DNA from: Thermodesulfobacteriota bacterium
GTDB lineage: Bacteria > Desulfobacterota > WTBG01 > JAGOGO01
NCBI GenBank assembly: GCA_026625185.1
Contig: CP113000.1
Coordinates: forward strand, 433,541 to 465,540
Reading direction: 5' to 3'
DNA: 32,000 bases
In this document: piece by piece, positions 30,339-32,000 of the stretch
Position numbering within the stretch: the first letter of the stretch is position 1
Layout: the number at the start of each line of letters is the position of its first letter
The notes under the pieces: model-generated
What the model saw: the letters and a program-made list of their open reading frames with translations, nothing else
Told to the model about the DNA's origin: nothing
The model's database searches: none
Translations under genes and position numbers: made by a program

Positions 30339-32000
30339 TCAAGAAGGCTCAATTCGTAAGTGATAGTCCAATGCTATTGGCTTTAAAGGCCAGGTTACTT
30401 TGAGAAACGTTCCCTTTTCTTTCAAAGAGTGGATTGCAAAATCTCCTCCTGAGAGTCTGGCACGTTCTTTCATATTGACCATCCCAAATCCTTGAAATGT
30501 TTCCGATTTGAGGGTTTTCTTCTCCACATCAAATCCCCGGCCATTATCCTCAATTGATAACGCCAAGGTGTCATTTATTCTTTGCAAGGAAAGATAGACA
30601 TGGTCTGCTCCGCTGTGTTTGGAAATGTTATTCATCGCTTCCTGGAGAATCCGGAAAATAATGATCTTTAAATGATCAGGAATTTCGATTTCCTTGATGT
30701 TGATTTGTTTTTCTACCTGGATAGGAGAGAAAATTTGCTCGAATTCCCGGGAATACCAGTTTAAGGTTGCCAGGATCCCCATGTCATCTATCATTGCCGG
30801 CCGTAAATTAATCATAATTCTCCTGGTCGAGGCGATTGTATCCCGGAGCATAGAAATAAAGCCCTTTAATGATTGGTTAGCCTCGTCGTTTGCTTTGTCA
30901 CTCTGCATCAATTTTTTTTCGAGGACAAATTTTATACCAGCCAATTTTGCAGCAATATCGTCATGGAGTTCAGCGGATATCCGTTTCCTTTCGTCTTCCT
31001 GCACCGTAAGGAGTTGAGAAGAGAGGAGCCGGAGGTGACTTTCTGACTCCCGAATTTCATCCTCTAAATTGAATCGGTTGATCGCTTCTCCGATAAGAGG
31101 ACTCATTGATTCAAGAAATTCTATCAATGGTAAAGGCACCCTTTTTTTCTCATTGTCTGCCACTTGAATTGAACCAAGTATTTTCTTACCGTAACGAATG
31201 GGGACAATGCTGAGGGATAAAAATCCATTTTGGATACAAACACCTCTGAATCTCGCTTGTTCCTTCGCAGAGAGCCGAGCAACAAAAGCACCAGTATCCT
31301 CACAATGAAAGGAACCACCAGGGGTCATCATGGAAGCATCCTGCGGGTCTGGGTTTCCGGTAATGTCTCGCATGCAAACACACTGGGCATGCTCGATTGA
31401 AAGCCGACTCTCGGATTCCCAGAATTCCCGACTAAAACCGAGGTATGATTCATAGGGGATGTAACCTTTGTCATCCAGGATCCGGATGCCGACACACCGG
31501 CAGCCACTCCAAGAGTGAATTAGACTAACCACTGCGTCAAGATATTCCTTTCGGGAGGGCTTCCGGGTGAAGAGACTCAACAGGGTATTAGTGACTTTCA
31601 AATTTTCCTCTGTCTGCTTGCGCTCGGTGATGTCCACCATTACGGCGCACACCGCGCCGGGCATATCCGTGTGCTCAAGGGCGCTTATGGAAAGTAAAAC
31701 CGATGCAGGATTGTCACCTCCGGTCTGTAAGGTCAGTTCCCCCTTACTGTTCCCCTTTAAACCCCGCTCAAACAATGCCTTAAATAATTGAAGGTCTGTT
31801 GATGAAATGTATCGGTAGATTGACGATCCTATTACTTTTTCCAGAGACCCCTTGACGATATCTGCAAAACGTTGGTTACAAAAAAGGATCGTGCCGTCGG
31901 AAGCCAGGGTGACGGCCCCTTCGTTCATGGTTTCGACCATGACCCGGTAAGGAAGATCGGCGCCCGATAGTGTAAAGACCCGATCTCCTTCCGCCGTTGA
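30339..32000 (-). CDS. PAS-GAF-HisKA_3-HATPase sensor histidine kinase; the 5' end runs off the window
   Basis: The frame stays open from 31940 to 32000 (...LPYRVMVETMNEGAVTLASDGTILFCNQRF = PAS). GAF region: CVGIRILDDKGYIPYESYLGF...ILGSIQVADNE. H-box ISAELHDDIAAKL (HisKA_3/NarX type). N/G boxes ILQEAMNNISKHSGA, DNGRGF, GFGMVNMKERA. Confidence 0.85.
   Translation of the reverse strand, partial: STAEGDRVFTLSGADLPYRVMVETMNEGAVTLASDGTILFCNQRFADIVKGSLEKVIGSSIYRYISSTDLQLFKALFERGLKGNSKGELTLQTGGDNPASVLLSISALEHTDMPGAVCAVMVDITERKQTEENLKVTNTLLSLFTRKPSRKEYLDAVVSLIHSWSGCRCVGIRILDDKGYIPYESYLGFSREFWESESRLSIEHAQCVCMRDITGNPDPQDASMMTPGGSFHCEDTGAFVARLSAKEQARFRGVCIQNGFLSLSIVPIRYGKKILGSIQVADNEKKRVPLPLIEFLESMSPLIGEAINRFNLEDEIRESESHLRLLSSQLLTVQEDERKRISAELHDDIAAKLAGIKFVLEKKLMQSDKANDEANQSLKGFISMLRDTIASTRRIMINLRPAMIDDMGILATLNWYSREFEQIFSPIQVEKQINIKEIEIPDHLKIIIFRILQEAMNNISKHSGADHVYLSLQRINDTLALSIEDNGRGFDVEKKTLKSETFQGFGMVNMKERARLSGGDFAIHSLKEKGTFLKVTWPLKPIALDYHLRIEPS

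Noticed and set aside
29830-30342. ORFs 29914..30126 (+) and 30085..30342 (-) in the gap between IS200 and the kinase
   Set aside because: They are AT-rich and low-complexity, with F/K/L-rich products, no SD and no family resemblance. The interval is better explained as a non-coding spacer containing the kinase terminator.
1-32000. Scan for tRNA, rRNA, tmRNA, retron/DGR reverse transcriptase, toxin-antitoxin pairs or known defence-system genes
   Set aside because: I could not find any T-loop/acceptor-like tRNA pattern, rRNA-like segment, RT motif, or nuclease/ATPase defence signature on either strand. This search was by eye only. tRNAscan-SE, Infernal and DefenseFinder would be the decisive checks.

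Overview
This 32 kb segment looks like bacterial chromosome. My guess is an anaerobic Gram-negative lineage (Desulfobacterota- or Nitrospirota-like), based only on gene content. Every gene I can support (about 50) is on the minus strand. I found no rRNA, tRNA or CRISPR.

Reading from high to low coordinates, i.e. in the direction of transcription:
- a partial PAS-GAF-HisKA_3 sensor kinase
- an IS200-type element
- a small secreted protein followed by a terminator
- an HTH-only remnant of a sigma-54 enhancer-binding protein
- a candidate sigma-54 promoter driving entericidin, a small lipoprotein, an ABM protein and an OmpA/Pal-like gene
- a dense envelope/stress island
- a GH13 glucan enzyme, a haloperoxidase-type hydrolase and a cupin
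- an IS110 transposase and Fe-SOD
- a rhodanese/MauE/thioredoxin-like thiol-redox set, then a membrane protein and an S1 protease with TPR repeats
- a GNAT / permuted-papain-like / giant PKS-FAS-like operon that runs off the left edge

The island consists of very small membrane or secreted proteins: DUF3309 x2, Thivi_2564-like x3, lmo0937-like x2, a 2-TM family x3, one LapA-domain protein, BON x3, SYLF, and W/Y/G-rich plus Q-rich proteins. A class A PBP and two alpha/beta hydrolases lie among them. Many of the real genes are under 60 aa and are therefore missing from the supplied ORF track. The partial genes at both window edges are also missing from it.

The most interesting observations are:
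1. A ~450-490 bp DUF3309/hairpin/Thivi_2564 cassette is present twice. It carries a structure-conserving leader hairpin, and a stop-codon difference fuses two ORFs in one copy.
2. An in-frame TAG separates a 608 aa repeat protein from an otherwise start-less BON domain.
3. A run of paralogues is broken by single-nucleotide lesions.
4. A sigma-54-type promoter with twin palindromes lies next to the truncated activator gene.
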